DNA of 64,000 bases, from contig JBHGNT010000006.1 in assembly GCA_043228905.1 (NCBI GenBank), positions 14,756,001 to 14,820,000 on the forward strand, given 5' to 3'. Shown here piece by piece: positions 51,700 through 63,419 of this stretch; the first letter of the stretch is position 1, and each line of letters begins with the position of its first letter. This DNA comes from Azolla caroliniana. Lineage: Eukaryota; Plantae; Polypodiophyta. The position numbers were made by a program, and so were the translations under genes. Below the pieces are notes generated by a model that did no database searches, had not been told where the DNA came from, and saw nothing but the letters and a program-made list of their open reading frames with translations.

Positions 51700-54600
51700 G
51701 AAAGAAAGAAAGAAAGATATATTAATGTCTTTTAAGAGGCCAAAATGGCCTATAAGACCAAATAAGAGATTACATCTTAAGTGTTGTCTCGTCTTTGAGA
51801 ACAAATCAAAATAAAATAAATATTACATAGTAAATATAAAAGTAAATAATATAAAAAGAAAAGAAATGAGGGAATCTGGTTTTTGGCACACGTGAGATCC
51901 TCAAGTTAGGTATATTGTAGCTTTTGTCTTCGAAAGATCTCTAGCATAGGTCGATCCAAAATGGAAATGTCTCCGAAGCGAGGGAAGCACCTACGATGGC
52001 GGGAGATAATGGCTTTTATCTGTTGATGACAAGGGTGTTGAGGTCGTGGTCCATGGGGCTGAGGCCTACGTGCACGGCAAATTGCCATTGCCCTATCAAT
52101 TGTAACCCCTTTGTTATGTCCTAGTCTGAAGCCCATTTGTGTAACCCAGGGTTGACTTCTAGCATTAGGAGTGATGGGGCTAAAGAAAGTTGTGATTGTT
52201 CTTTGTGGATGAGCTTGTGTGGCTGTATTCTTCAACAACTTTTCCCGATGTCGCTTGAGCTCTAGCAAGAAAAGTCCTAGGCATCGTTGGTCCTCATATT
52301 CCATTACCTTGCGTAGTGGGCCAAAGCCTTGTTTAAAGAGGCAATGGTATCTCCCTCTGATTTCATAAAAGACACTACAATGACAAACATAGTGTTCTTT
52401 AGATTCCACTCCTTGATGACACAATTGGCAAATTCTCTCTTCTAGAGGTAGTCGTGTATATTTGCCTACCTCAATCTGTAGCTGATGTGATGAAGTTTGC
52501 AGCTGCCCTATCACACTACGCAGGGCATAGGATAGATGTATGTTCATATAAGGTGGCCTGATGACAAATCCATCTTCCGATGTATATGTAAGAAGTGTGT
52601 CTTATAGTGGGCCATCTTTGTACCAAGTGGTATTTTGGGGCTGATCCATGTTATCTTGTTTTCCAAGTTAATAATATCAGTTCGGATCACTCTATTCTTT
52701 TCCGCTTTGGTCATATTTAGATGAGGATAGTCCACGCTATATTGGAATGGGGGTAGGGCATTTATACTCCTGCCATGTGACTCGAACCATTGATGCATTT
52801 CAGCATACCAACAATGAGTGTCTCCATTTTCAGCCAGTTGTTTTGATGACATAAGTGCCAACTTTGGGTACCTTCGTTTACGGAGCTCCCAAAGACGTTG
52901 GATAAATGTCACTGATTCGAACAACGCCTCGGTTATTATAGGTGCTGCTCCCATCTCTGCCCGGATTATATCATGGGGTACTGATGCTTTTCTCTTTATC
53001 ATGCGAGCAATCATTGACACTAAAGGTCTCTCTAAATCTTTCCAATGATTTGCCTTGTTAAGACTCGGTCCCCATGTCTCTACTCCATAGAGAAGAGTTG
53101 GTGTGACAAGTGTATCAAATAACCATAGCTTAGTCCGTGGCTCTTGGAACTGCAAATGTGCACATTGTCTCTCGAGAGCACCAAGGGCTGCATATGCACA
53201 AGAAAGTCGGGCACAAGCGGCCTCCTGTAAGGAGAACCTAGGTCTTGTAAATGTTACTCCTAGGTATGTGTAGGAGCGTGTGTATTCCACCTTTTCCTCT
53301 CCCAAGAAGAATTCTGGTTTTGATCTTGTTACCCATGCTTGGGTGGTGTTAAACACCATCACTTTCGTTTTATTCATGTTGATTGATAAACCTTTGTCTG
53401 TACAAAATAGTTTTAAGGCATTTAGATGTCTTTGTAGTTCCTCCGGAGAGTCGGAAATCAGCACAATATCATCAGCATATAGTAATATTTGTATAGCTAT
53501 ACGTGCTAGGTGTGCTCCGGAACCCCCAAATCTCTCTATGTACTGTGATACCTCATCTATATAGAGACCAAAGAGTGTGGGGGATAGTGGGCATCCTTGC
53601 TTCACGCCAATTGTGCTAGCCACCGCTCTGACAAGCCCTTAGAAGACCACACTTTTCATGACACAGATTCATAGAGTGCATAGATTCCCCATTGCATATC
53701 TATAGGAACACCAAGGGCTTCTAGCCGTTGCATAAGCTGAGCACGTGGCATAATGTCAAAGGCTTTTCGGAAATCCACAAAGCAGCAATAAATCCTCTTA
53801 TTGTGGGCTTTGCCCTCCTCAATAAGGCCTTGGAGGGTGAATATGTGATCCAAAGTTGTGAACCCCTTCCGAAAGCTTGTTTGTCCAATTGAACGGCAGC
53901 CATTTTGCTCTGCCCATATACTCAATTCTGATTTTAGAATCGAGCCATATAGTTTAACCAAGTAATGGCCAATCATTGTCCTATAGTTGCTTGGCATCTT
54001 GGGGTCTCCACTCTTGAGGATTGGCACAATGGTATGTTGAGTCCATCTAGTAGGAAAACCTTCACACATGGCTCTATTAAAGATGTGTGCTAGCAATGGG
54101 AGCAAGGTGTCACGGGCATAGATAAAGTGCTCACCCACCAATCCATCATGATCTTGGGCCTTCCCAAATTGTAGCCGATCAATGGCATTTCTTACATTTT
54201 GTGGTGTAAAGAGGGTTGATTCATGTGGGCATGAGGCATTTGGGTGGGGAAGAGGAGGTTGCCCCGGGATATCATATAGAACCGTTGTGTATTCTTGCCA
54301 CACCTGAGGTGAGGTCAGTTGTGTGGTGGGTTGCCTCATTAAACATTTTCCATGCTCGTTTACTCTCTTGTCCTAGAAACAAGCAATACAAATGGTCTTC
54401 AAATTTAGCCAAATACAATCTCTTCTTCCTCCTCACGAGGTGTTGGAAGGTTGCTCTCGCTTGGTTGTGTGTATAAATGCCCCGAGTTACATCACGCTGC
54501 AAGCATCTCCTTGTATCACAACATTCCTCATCATACCAACTATTTTGTATTACTCTACCGAGTTTGGGGGGATTGGCCGTTGTGTGAGGGAAGGCATTTG

Positions 54601-54848
54601 TGGCTACTTTATGCAATGATTTGGATAAACCTTGGGTAAGTTCTTCAAGGGGTGCGAAAGGATCCAAATCTAGCATGCCATTGTATACACCACCACTATA
54701 CATATCAATTGTGTCGCGAGTGAATAGATACTTAGCCAACCCACTCTCTTTAGCATATACATCCTTTGTGCATCCATCCTTTACCTCAAAGCGTAGATAT
54801 GCATGATCAGCTGCCAAGCCAATAGGTCTTCCCGATATAGTGAACACA
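51700..54848 (-). mobile_element. RTE-X-like non-LTR retrotransposon, 5'-truncated
   Basis: RT motifs FVDFRKAFD, GVKQGCPLSPTLF, LLYADD and YLG. C-terminal SSHQLQIEVG..RICQLC..ESKEHYVCHC. (TTTC)n tail at about 51700-51717. Confidence 0.85.
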
Positions 54849-54852
54849 GAGA

Positions 54853-54924
<72 letters not shown>

Positions 54925-54928
<4 letters not shown>

Positions 54929-55530
54929 TTATATTATCGTCTTCGGAGGTCAAATATGACCTGTAAGACCAAAAATATTACATTTCATGTGAAACGTGTG
55001 AAGGTGAGTAGCGACTCTCGATGTTCAAGAACTTTACCAATGAATGTTGCAATCGAGAGTGCACATCGTGGTTGTGAGAGAAATCGTGCAAGGATTGGGC
55101 TTGATCAAAGAGATGTGGAAAGCATGGTCGAATATGATCAAAGGCAGAGCATTGTATCAAAGTGTGATACTCAGACTCTCGAACTTGTTTAGGGCAAAGT
55201 GTGCATAGTTGGCCGCTCTCATCACTTGTGCCCCAACGCCCCGTCTTAAATCTCAATGCGTGCGAGCTAAGTCGTATGGAAGCAATGGTTCGAATGGTAG
55301 ATATCGGGATGGGCTCTAACATGTATCTATGTGTACGGCTTCCCCGTTCCGCGAAGAATATGGTTTTGTAGTTAGGTGCAACATTTGTAGTATAATGTGT
55401 GAAGTGTGAGCCACCACATTTGTCCCATGTCATGATACATTGGTGTTGCAAAAAGGCCTCATTTACAGAGGAATCTAGTGACGCATCATGAAGCAAGTGT
55501 CTTGTATCCCTCTACCAAACCATTTTTCTA
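54925..55530 (-). mobile_element. second RTE-X-like LINE 3' fragment next to a (TC)n tract (54856-54925)
   Basis: RLSSHALRFKTGRW...CTLCPKQVRESEYHTLIQC; 3' end similar to the 51716 LINE end. Confidence 0.8.
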
Positions 55531-58500
55531 AATCTTGTATCCAACCGGAACACAAAATTTTGCTTTTATGCGTCTTTTGGATCTTTTTGCTTGCTTCCCA
55601 TGCAATTCTAGGAAGTCGATGTGAGGGGCTTTAGGGTTTCCAAATTGTTTGACAAGTCGGTTTTCAAGCCGTTTCTCAAACCGGTTTAGGATCGGTTTGG
55701 TTTGGTTTGGTTCAGGTTTCAGAACCCCAAAACGGTTTAGGCTTAGATCCAAGCCAAACCGGCCAAGCCTAAATCAAACCATTGCCGATCCCTATTGCCT
55801 ATGTTGAGGTCGAGGAACCAACTCTCATGTATGATTCCGCTCAATGGAATTAAGTTCGACTTCCATTGTTGGTTTCGACTTTGGAAGAACAAGGACCTTT
55901 TTTGTTGTAGTGGGTTCTTGTGATTGCACAACAATGCACAATAAGGCAAAGTTGCATGAGTGAAGAGGCCGTTGTGAACCATATGTATACTCATGAAGTT
56001 TACAATTGGAGAGATGGGAATCATGAATGGTGGCTTGAAGCCACTTGGGAAGTGGTGGAACTTGGTGTGTAGAGGGAGGGGAAACGATTGGAGTTGAGGG
56101 AGAGGTTTGAATTGTTCGCAATGTTAGAAGTTTAGTAGGTGTGAGAGGAGATGGGGGGCTTAAAGGTGAGACATCTTCGTTTGAAATTGGAGATTCGAAA
56201 GCAGCGGGGATTCCAATTGTGAACTCAGGTGAAAGCCTAGAGTCATCCAACTTAGGCTCCACAAAATGAACATCCCTAGAGATGACTAGGGACTTTGATT
56301 CTAAATTCCATAACTTGTAGGCTTTAGATTGTGCACTATAACCAAGAAATTTGCATTTCTTGGTTTTGGACTCAAATTTAGTCCTTTTATGATTTGAAAT
56401 GTGAACATAAGCATCACAACCAAGGACTTTAAAATGAGAAACTGAGGGCATTACAATTGTAAATGCTTCTGTAGGGGTCATTGCAACAACTGATTTTGTT
56501 GGGCAGCAGTTGATGATGTAGATTGTTGTGTTGACAGCTTCACCCCAAAACGAGAGAGGAAGATCAGATTGAGATAGCATTGTGCGAGCCATCTCTTGGA
56601 CTGTTTGGTTCTTCCTTTCCACAACACCATTTTGTTGAGGAGTATTGGGTGTAGAAAATTGGTGAGCAATGACTCGTTGAGAGCAAAAATGATGGAAAGC
56701 TTTGGAGATAAACTCTCCACCATTGTCAGACTTGATCTTTCAAACTTTCTTTGATGTATCATTCTCGACAAGAGCTACCCATTCTTGAAATTTGGTGATG
56801 GCTTGAGATTTCTCTACAAGAAAATAAACCCAAACCTTACGGGAGAAATCATCAATGATAAGCATGCAGTAGCGTGCACCACCAAGAGTAGTGGTTTTCA
56901 TGGGACCACAAAGATCCATGTGCACTAACTCCAAGATAGATGTTGCACGGTGAGTGGCTTGATGATGGAAAGGCTCTCAATGTTGCTTGCCATGAAGACA
57001 AACAACACATGGGGTATTGGAAGTTTTGAAAATAGGAAGACCCTCAACTAGATATGAAGAGGAGAACTTTTGAAGAGAATCGTAATTGAGCTGACCAAAC
57101 CTAGCATGCCACAATGTGGGATCTTCTTGTTCCACCAACACATGAGAGCCTTGAAAAAGATGAAGAAGAGGAGATTTGGATTTTTCCAAGGGGCTGTGGA
57201 AACTTTTCAGGCAGTATAAACCCCCTTCTTGTGTGCCACTAGCTACAATTTGTAGGCTGTTGGTGTCAATGACTTGAGCTACCAAAGTTGACTCCATAAA
57301 CTTCCTTAGTGATTCGGTAGATCGAAAGTAAGTTGGCAAAGATGCGAGGCACATGTAGGACATCTTGAAGAACGACATATTCGTCATTTGAAGAAGCCTC
57401 AATGCTTGAGGCATCTCCTATGGAGATTTGGGAAGAGCATGGCTTCTCATCATGTAAAAGGATTTGTCATAAGTCATGTGTGCAGTGGCACCATTGTCTA
57501 CTAACCACTCATCAATGGTTGAGCTAGTTGTTCCAGCCAAATGTGAAGAATGTTCATCAATGCCAAGGAAAATTGTTTCTTTGGCTGAGTGGGCTGAGTT
57601 TGATATTGGTGTAGGCTGACTTTTCGTAGAAGAAGATTTCTTGGCATTGCCTCTTTTCTTTTTTTGACAGTCGGGCTGAATGTGACCTTTGTAGCCACAT
57701 TAATGACAAGTGAGCTCCTGTAGGCTGGGTTATTTGGTGGTCTGACTACCATTGACGCCATTCCATAGACGATGGTACTGTAGCAAGGTCTTTATCTATA
57801 GTTCCCAATCCAAGTAATTGTTCCCATCCAAGATGCACTCTTTGGGGAGTTGGGGAATGGTTGATGAAACAATGCTAACATGTGAGGCCATGGATATCCT
57901 CCTCTTGAGCTACAACTGAACAATTTACAGCAGCTGTAAGTAGATTTTCAGGTCTTTCTACTCCTCCCTAGATGATAGGCGAGGCTCAGATGAGGGGAAG
58001 AAAAAGAACCTCCATTGTAGGTTGGGAGGGTGGCTGCTAAGAGAACCTCATCTATAGGGTTGGGGGTTTAGGGTGGGGGGATGGAATAAAAGAAGATAGG
58101 TTTGTGTGCTCTCTAACAAAAAATCAAGCTGAGGCTATGGAGACCTCACTACTCTGATACTATGTGAGAAGCTATTAATAGCAGCAGTGGAACAGTTGTT
58201 AGAACAAAATAGACACAGCCAACCTATGAGAAAATTGTTAGACAACAGTGGCAAAAATGGTTGCAAAGAGTAAAGACAGCCAAAGAGTAGAGCTTGTTTT
58301 CAAGTAGCAGCAAAAATAAAGTACTTACAATAGAGGCTGGTGTAGCCTATTTATACAAAATTAGGGAATGTGGATGAAATGGTTGTTTGGTAGATAAGTG
58401 ACTCTTGTACTACCAAACAGGTACAATAAACTAGGAATAAGAGGGAATATCTTTGAAAAAGTGGAAGAGAAGGCATTTAAAGCATTGTAGATTCTAGAGC

Positions 58501-59808
58501 CAGAAGGCATATAAAGAGTTACAGATTCTAGAGAGAGAAGAATCTAGGAAGAGAGAGAATGTAGAATAGAGATGATAAAGATGAAAGAGAGTGCAGGTCT
58601 AGAGCTGCCACCCTCCAACACAAGGTTCACTTAACTACCAAACACTACCAGCCTCTTTTGTAAGAACTTTATTTTTTGCTGCTACTTACAACAAGCACTG
58701 CTCTTTGGACGTGTCTCTATTTTTTGCAACTATTTTGCTACTGCTATCTAACAGCCCTGTCAGAGATTGGCTGTCTCGATCTTTTCTTCGAACTGTTTCG
58801 CTGTTGCTATCAGCAGCTTTTCTCATGTGATATGCCTTACTCTGAGTGAAGCCTTCTGAGAGCATGAAAGAGTCAAATTTCTTATACCATAGATGAGGGG
58901 CTTATTTCAGCCCATTAAGGTTGCGTCAAAGTTTACAAACTACATGCTCTTTTCCTGGAATCGTGAACCTGTCAGGTTGCAACATGTAAACATCCTCATC
59001 TAGGATTCCATGAAGGAAAGCCGTCAATCATTTGATATAACTCCAAATGCAAAAGGGTTAAGATAATGGAAAGTGTCATAAGTGTAGCAATTTTGACTAG
59101 TGGAGCAAAAAACTCCAGAAAAACAGTTCTTGAAATCTCTACTTGTTCATCACCTTGAGATGTTACTCTTAAGTCGATGGTTGGCTGTTGCTGAAATTTC
59201 ACTCTTTTTCTTGATTCCAATGAGGTACAATTGGTTTTGAGCAATTTTGCTTCATATAATACAACTTCACGACTTCTGATTACTTTTTGGAGTTGCAATC
59301 ATTATATTCTGTTACCCATCTCGGCTTCAACACCGAATCCCAAAAGGATGCCTTTGATAGATTTTGCATCGAGCTGTTTCTTGACTCTGCTTAACATGGA
59401 CGAAAGCTTCACCGCTGAAGATGCATAGATGATCACATGAGGAGGATTTGCTAGACCAAATCTTCTCCGGTATGCCACATTCGAGTGAATTGTGTGCGGG
59501 TTGATTAATAATAAGCACTTCAATTTGTAAAGCCTCTTCCAAAATGCAGGAGGGAGGCTAGTTGTGCTCAACATACATTGAACCTTTTCACAATGTCCTA
59601 TGGTATCGTTCAGCCACACCATTAGATGTTGGATTGTATAGAGCTGTACGTCCTCCTTTAATTCTGTTTTGACAAAGAAAAATTTAAATCAACTGCTAAT
59701 GTACTCTCCTCCATCCTTTGTCCTCAATCATTTCAGTTTCAAACCTATTTGAGTAGTAACAAATGCATGAAAGTTTCTAAAGCTAGCAAACACTTGAGTG
59801 CTATCATT

Positions 59809-60128
59809 TACCCGCACTCTCGCCTCAGTTCCTCGTCACGTGGCTCATCACGACCACGGCTACGACGTTCCCTTTCCTCTTCGGAGTCTCTCTTGTTGTC
59901 TCTGTAGCGGCGCCCCTCCTCAAGGAACCCCTCACGACGTCGCTCGCGCCTCTCGTCATCGCACTCCCCCTCTCGGCGTCGATCGCGCCTCTCCTCGTCA
60001 ATGTCTCCCTCACGATGTCGATCGCGTCGCTCCTCTTCACGGTCCCGCCCTACAGACCTAGCATTGGCCGCGGTACACGCGGCGAGCATGATCACGGCCA
60101 TGAGGAATACGGAAGTAAGCTTTCCCAT
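59809..60128 (-). pseudogene. N-terminal half of a secreted Arg/Glu-rich 2S-albumin-like storage protein gene
   Basis: ATG at 60128. Signal-peptide-like MGKLTSVFLMAVIMLAACTAANA followed by an R/E/D-rich tract ending EELRRECG. Stops at a TAA created by the copia junction. Confidence 0.7.
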
Positions 60129-60198
60129 TGCGATTATCCTTATGATCCCGGTGCTTGTCTCCTGATGGATTGATTGTATTGACATTGCTCCCTCCACC

Positions 60199-60531
60199 TT
60201 TAATATATACACATGGCCATGCAATCAGAGCACATGCATGTCACTCACTACTCCCATTACCATAATGTGTGTGTCCTGCGTACAACTCTTGCCCAAGACC
60301 CATACCAACTAGTCCACCCTCCCACACGTCTAGGCTAGTCCTAGGTGTCGTATTGTCACTAGACAATCTGGGCGCAACCTGTAGCGGGTTCTCCTCGCGC
60401 GAGAACTTGTCGAGCAACATAACATTTATACATACATAGGTAAATGTGCGCACTCACACGTGCGCGTAGGGGTGTGCGGGCACGTGCACATTAAACTAGA
60501 ACGCGCTAGTGCCGAGACACTAAGCACGTGG
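60199..60531 (-). promoter_or_regulatory. maturation-type promoter: TATA, RY elements, G-box/ABRE cluster
   Basis: TATATATTAA at about 60199-60209 (about 70 bp upstream of the ATG). CATGCA 60218-60223 and CATGCATG 60233-60240. CACGTG at about 60457, 60481 and 60525; ACGTG at about 60324. Confidence 0.65.
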
Positions 60532-60984
60532 AGGCTACTGCGGGACGAGTAGTGGCTCCCGAGTGTGCTACATCGATGAACGTAGATAGACTGGTGTCCG
60601 TACTCGCTCGTTCGGAAGAGGGGTTGGTAACAACGACGACAAGGAAAGCTAACCGGACTACCACACTAGGAGTGTCCTATCGGGCAAGTGTGGAAGCAAG
60701 TTCACATTCGCCGCGTGTACAAGTTGACCTTAGCTGTTGCCGTGGCGTGTGCGGTATGGGTGTTCTGCTTTGATGTTTTTTTTCCGTTTGGGTGGTTTGC
60801 GGTCCCTATAGGCAAATTCTATACGTTGGTGCTCGTGTTTACGTTCGTGTTGGAGGGACGTTGGTGCTCGTGTTTACGTTCGTGTGGGTGTAATGCGCGA
60901 TTGGGGAGACGCACTTGTTCGTAAACACTTACGAGAAATTAGAGAGAGACCACGAGAATAATTTGAACAAGGTTTATGTACTAT

Positions 60985-61326
60985 TTAGAAGCGACGAATA
61001 CAAGCACGAGGGCGAAGATCACAATGTTGGAGTAGGCGGGAGGCGGCGACGCCTAGAGCTCTTTCCTCGTCATTGGCCTTGAATTGGCGATGTTGTTGAC
61101 GTTCGTCCTCTTGTCGTCGAGACATGCGGTGGCGACGTTCGTCACCCTCTCGTCGCTCACGGCTGCTATCTCTCTCGCGCTCCTCGTCCTCTTCCTCCCA
61201 GCTACGGTGTTCCCTTGATTGTTGGCCATGGCGTCGGCCTTCATCATTGCGTCGTTCCTCCTCGTCAGCATACAAGGCATCACGTAGGCGATCACATCGA
61301 TCTTCGGCGGGGATTCGTTCGACGTA
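60985..61326 (-). pseudogene. C-terminal half of the same storage-protein gene
   Basis: YVERIPAEDRCDRLRDAL...R/E-rich...ALGVAASRLLQHCDLRPRACIRRF*. The A..L...C.L.P..C ending is typical of 2S albumins. Confidence 0.7.
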
Positions 61327-63202
61327 TGCCCAACACTTTCTGGAGTAATCATCAATGAAATTTGTGAAATGCAAGGAGGCCGGGGTAACGAGTCTTGTAA
61401 TGAATCGACCAGGAAGAGCTCGACCTGAGCAACAATAGTGTACCTCTCTTGCTACCCTAGGTAATGAGTCTTGTACAACATACAAACTTCCAATCATGTT
61501 GTCCCAGCGACAACAAGCTCTTTTTGATCCTTGGAACAAAACAAACTTGGTCTAATGCCAGCTCTTGACCATTCTCCATGACCACTCTAACAATGCCAAA
61601 CCCTTTGATGTTGTGAGCATGGTTATTGCCAAGGTAAACATTCCCAAAGTTACCTGCAGAAAATGAAAGAAAGCACTCCCTAGGATTGAAATCAAAAGAA
61701 GTCGCCACAATTATCCATGTCTGAATAACAGAATCTTGTATTGTTAACAATGCATTTAGGATATCAATAATTCAGATCTCTGCAGCACACAATATGTTCT
61801 TAGTCAAGAATCTCCTCAATGACAACTCTAGAGGCAACATTTTCTGGCTCCCTCCCTCTCTTTTCAGTTGGTTGTTCACATCATATTCTTCTCTGTTGTG
61901 TCTTTATAATTCTTCCTCTGTCTTTCAAGATCTTGTTTGTAAAATCTACAATCAGGCTATTTATGCTCTTAATAGCCACATTGAAAGCAAGTGATTTCTG
62001 TCCCCTTTTGCTTCTAGACCTTTTCATTGATGCATCCTTTGTTGCAGCTCTCCCTCTGTTATGTTGGAAGGACTACAAGGCCCCCCACTTACTTTTCGAC
62101 GAATTTCTTCATTAAGAATTGCTTAAATGTAGGACTTGCACTATTTGGGAGTGAGAATACAAGAGCCTCCCATGTTTCAGGCAATGTACATGGTAGGAGT
62201 GCACACACGCGTACATAGAATGTGGTCTTAGACAAAGATCTTTAAATGCGGATGGGAAAGCTAAGTCATTGCCTCATAAATACCTATTTAGTGTTGAGTG
62301 GGAATCTTCGCTGAGGATCATTCAGTGTACAAAATATTCTTTCAGAAGTTGTACAGTTCTGAAAACGAGAATGTAAAACTCGTAAAAAAAATCAGAAAAT
62401 AGTAAATTATAGGAAAATCTTTTCTAGTTTATTTGGAGAAACCTAAGGGTCTTTAATCCCAACGCATGATTATGTATGATTGATGAACATGTGTACAAAA
62501 GATTATTTTCTTTAAGGTAAGGTATGAAAACCAGAATTTTGTTTTTGTCTTTCTCTTGTCTTCTTTTTGACAAACTTGATTGAAACTTGAAAGGTTGATC
62601 ATCTGTACTTTCTATACAATTGATTTGATTCTTTCCATGTCTGTACCATATTCTTCCTTATTGAGTTTTAATAAAAGCATATTATAAAGGAAAGTGTATG
62701 TGTAAAATATTTGCGACTAGAGGGCCGCAACATCAAAATAAGATGAAGAAATTGATTGTTATAAAACAGTCGCAATGTTCAAATTTCAAAGAATTGTCAA
62801 GCTGCCGTTTTCTGTGTCATGGTGAAGGAGACTGGACCTTAGCAATTTTAAAATTCCAAATTCCAAGGTGTAGCCTTGATATTGCATTGCAGTCACATTA
62901 TATGGCATGTATCCATGTCCACACAGCCAGTTTGACCAACATTATGTGTTCCAAAAGCCCTAAGTCTAATTATAAAACCAATTTGTTTCTCTTATTTTGT
63001 GTCTATTCACAATGAATGGAGCTGTTTAGGCAGTTGCAGGATATGTTATCGCTCTACTGACATCAGTATGTTTTCTCATTGTCACGTAAACTGGACAATT
63101 TAAAATAGCTCTATAGTTTATGGTAACTTGATATTTTGCATCTGTTCTTGCAACACCAAACAATACAGAAATTTGAACTCTGTCAACATTTGTTTCTGGC
63201 AG

Positions 63203-63419
63203 TCTTGAACTTTGGGGTTATCGACGTGTTGAAGAGGTAATTTGGGTTAAAACAAACCAACTGCAGAGAATTATTCGAACTGGACGAACTGGGCATTGGT
63301 TGAACCATAGTAAGGAACATTGCTTAGTTGGCATTAAAGGTCAGCCAGAGGTTAATCGTAACATTGATACTGATGTCTTGGTTGCTGAGGTTCGTGAAAC
63401 AAGTCGCAAGCCTGATGAG
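63203..63419 (+). CDS. MTA: MTA exon 5; gene continues beyond the window
   Basis: GGCAG acceptor at 63202 completes the TG|T Cys codon. [46 protein letters not shown]...[12 protein letters not shown] donor at 63420. Confidence 0.96.

Larger units (their letters stand above)
51458..55794. mobile_element. non-autonomous hAT element (MITE) expanded by LINE insertions
   Basis: TIRs TAGGGATCGACAA / TTGCCGATCCCTA. Perfect 8-bp TSD TTGCCTAT (51450-51457 / 55795-55802). AAACCG/CGGTTT subterminal repeats. Confidence 0.92.
49587..58620 (-). mobile_element. full-length degenerate Ty1/copia inserted antisense into an LTR of its own family
   Basis: 5' LTR 58163-58620, 3' LTR 49587-49982, TSD CAAGG (49582-49586 / 58621-58625). 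PBS TAGTATCAGAGT (iMet-like) 58151-58162. PPT 49983-49994. Integrase 55825-57414, RT/RH 49996-51450. Internal 166-bp tandem duplication at about 50411-50740. Confidence 0.9.
58850..62110 (-). mobile_element. old Tork-like copia remnant, split in its integrase by the 59809-61326 insert
   Basis: Protease region (GNVYLGNN...VPRIKKSLLSLGQ, 61457-61750). FIDDYSRKCWAY ends at 61325, and NDSTQVFASFRNFH...TKDGGEY resumes at 59808. Then KQLDAKSIKGILLG and FFAPLVK. Confidence 0.8.

Noticed and set aside
60283-60530. Possible Helitron 3' ends or circle junction (short hairpin plus CTAG at about 60310 on + and about 60496 on -) inside the permuted insert
   Set aside because: Stems are only 5-6 bp, CTAG is frequent here and no matching 5' TC terminus can be shown. 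Not enough to invoke a Helitron.
60985-61539. 184-aa ORF as a genuine integrase-storage protein fusion gene
   Set aside because: The upstream copia part is frameshifted and decayed; the in-frame join is a by-product of the insertion.
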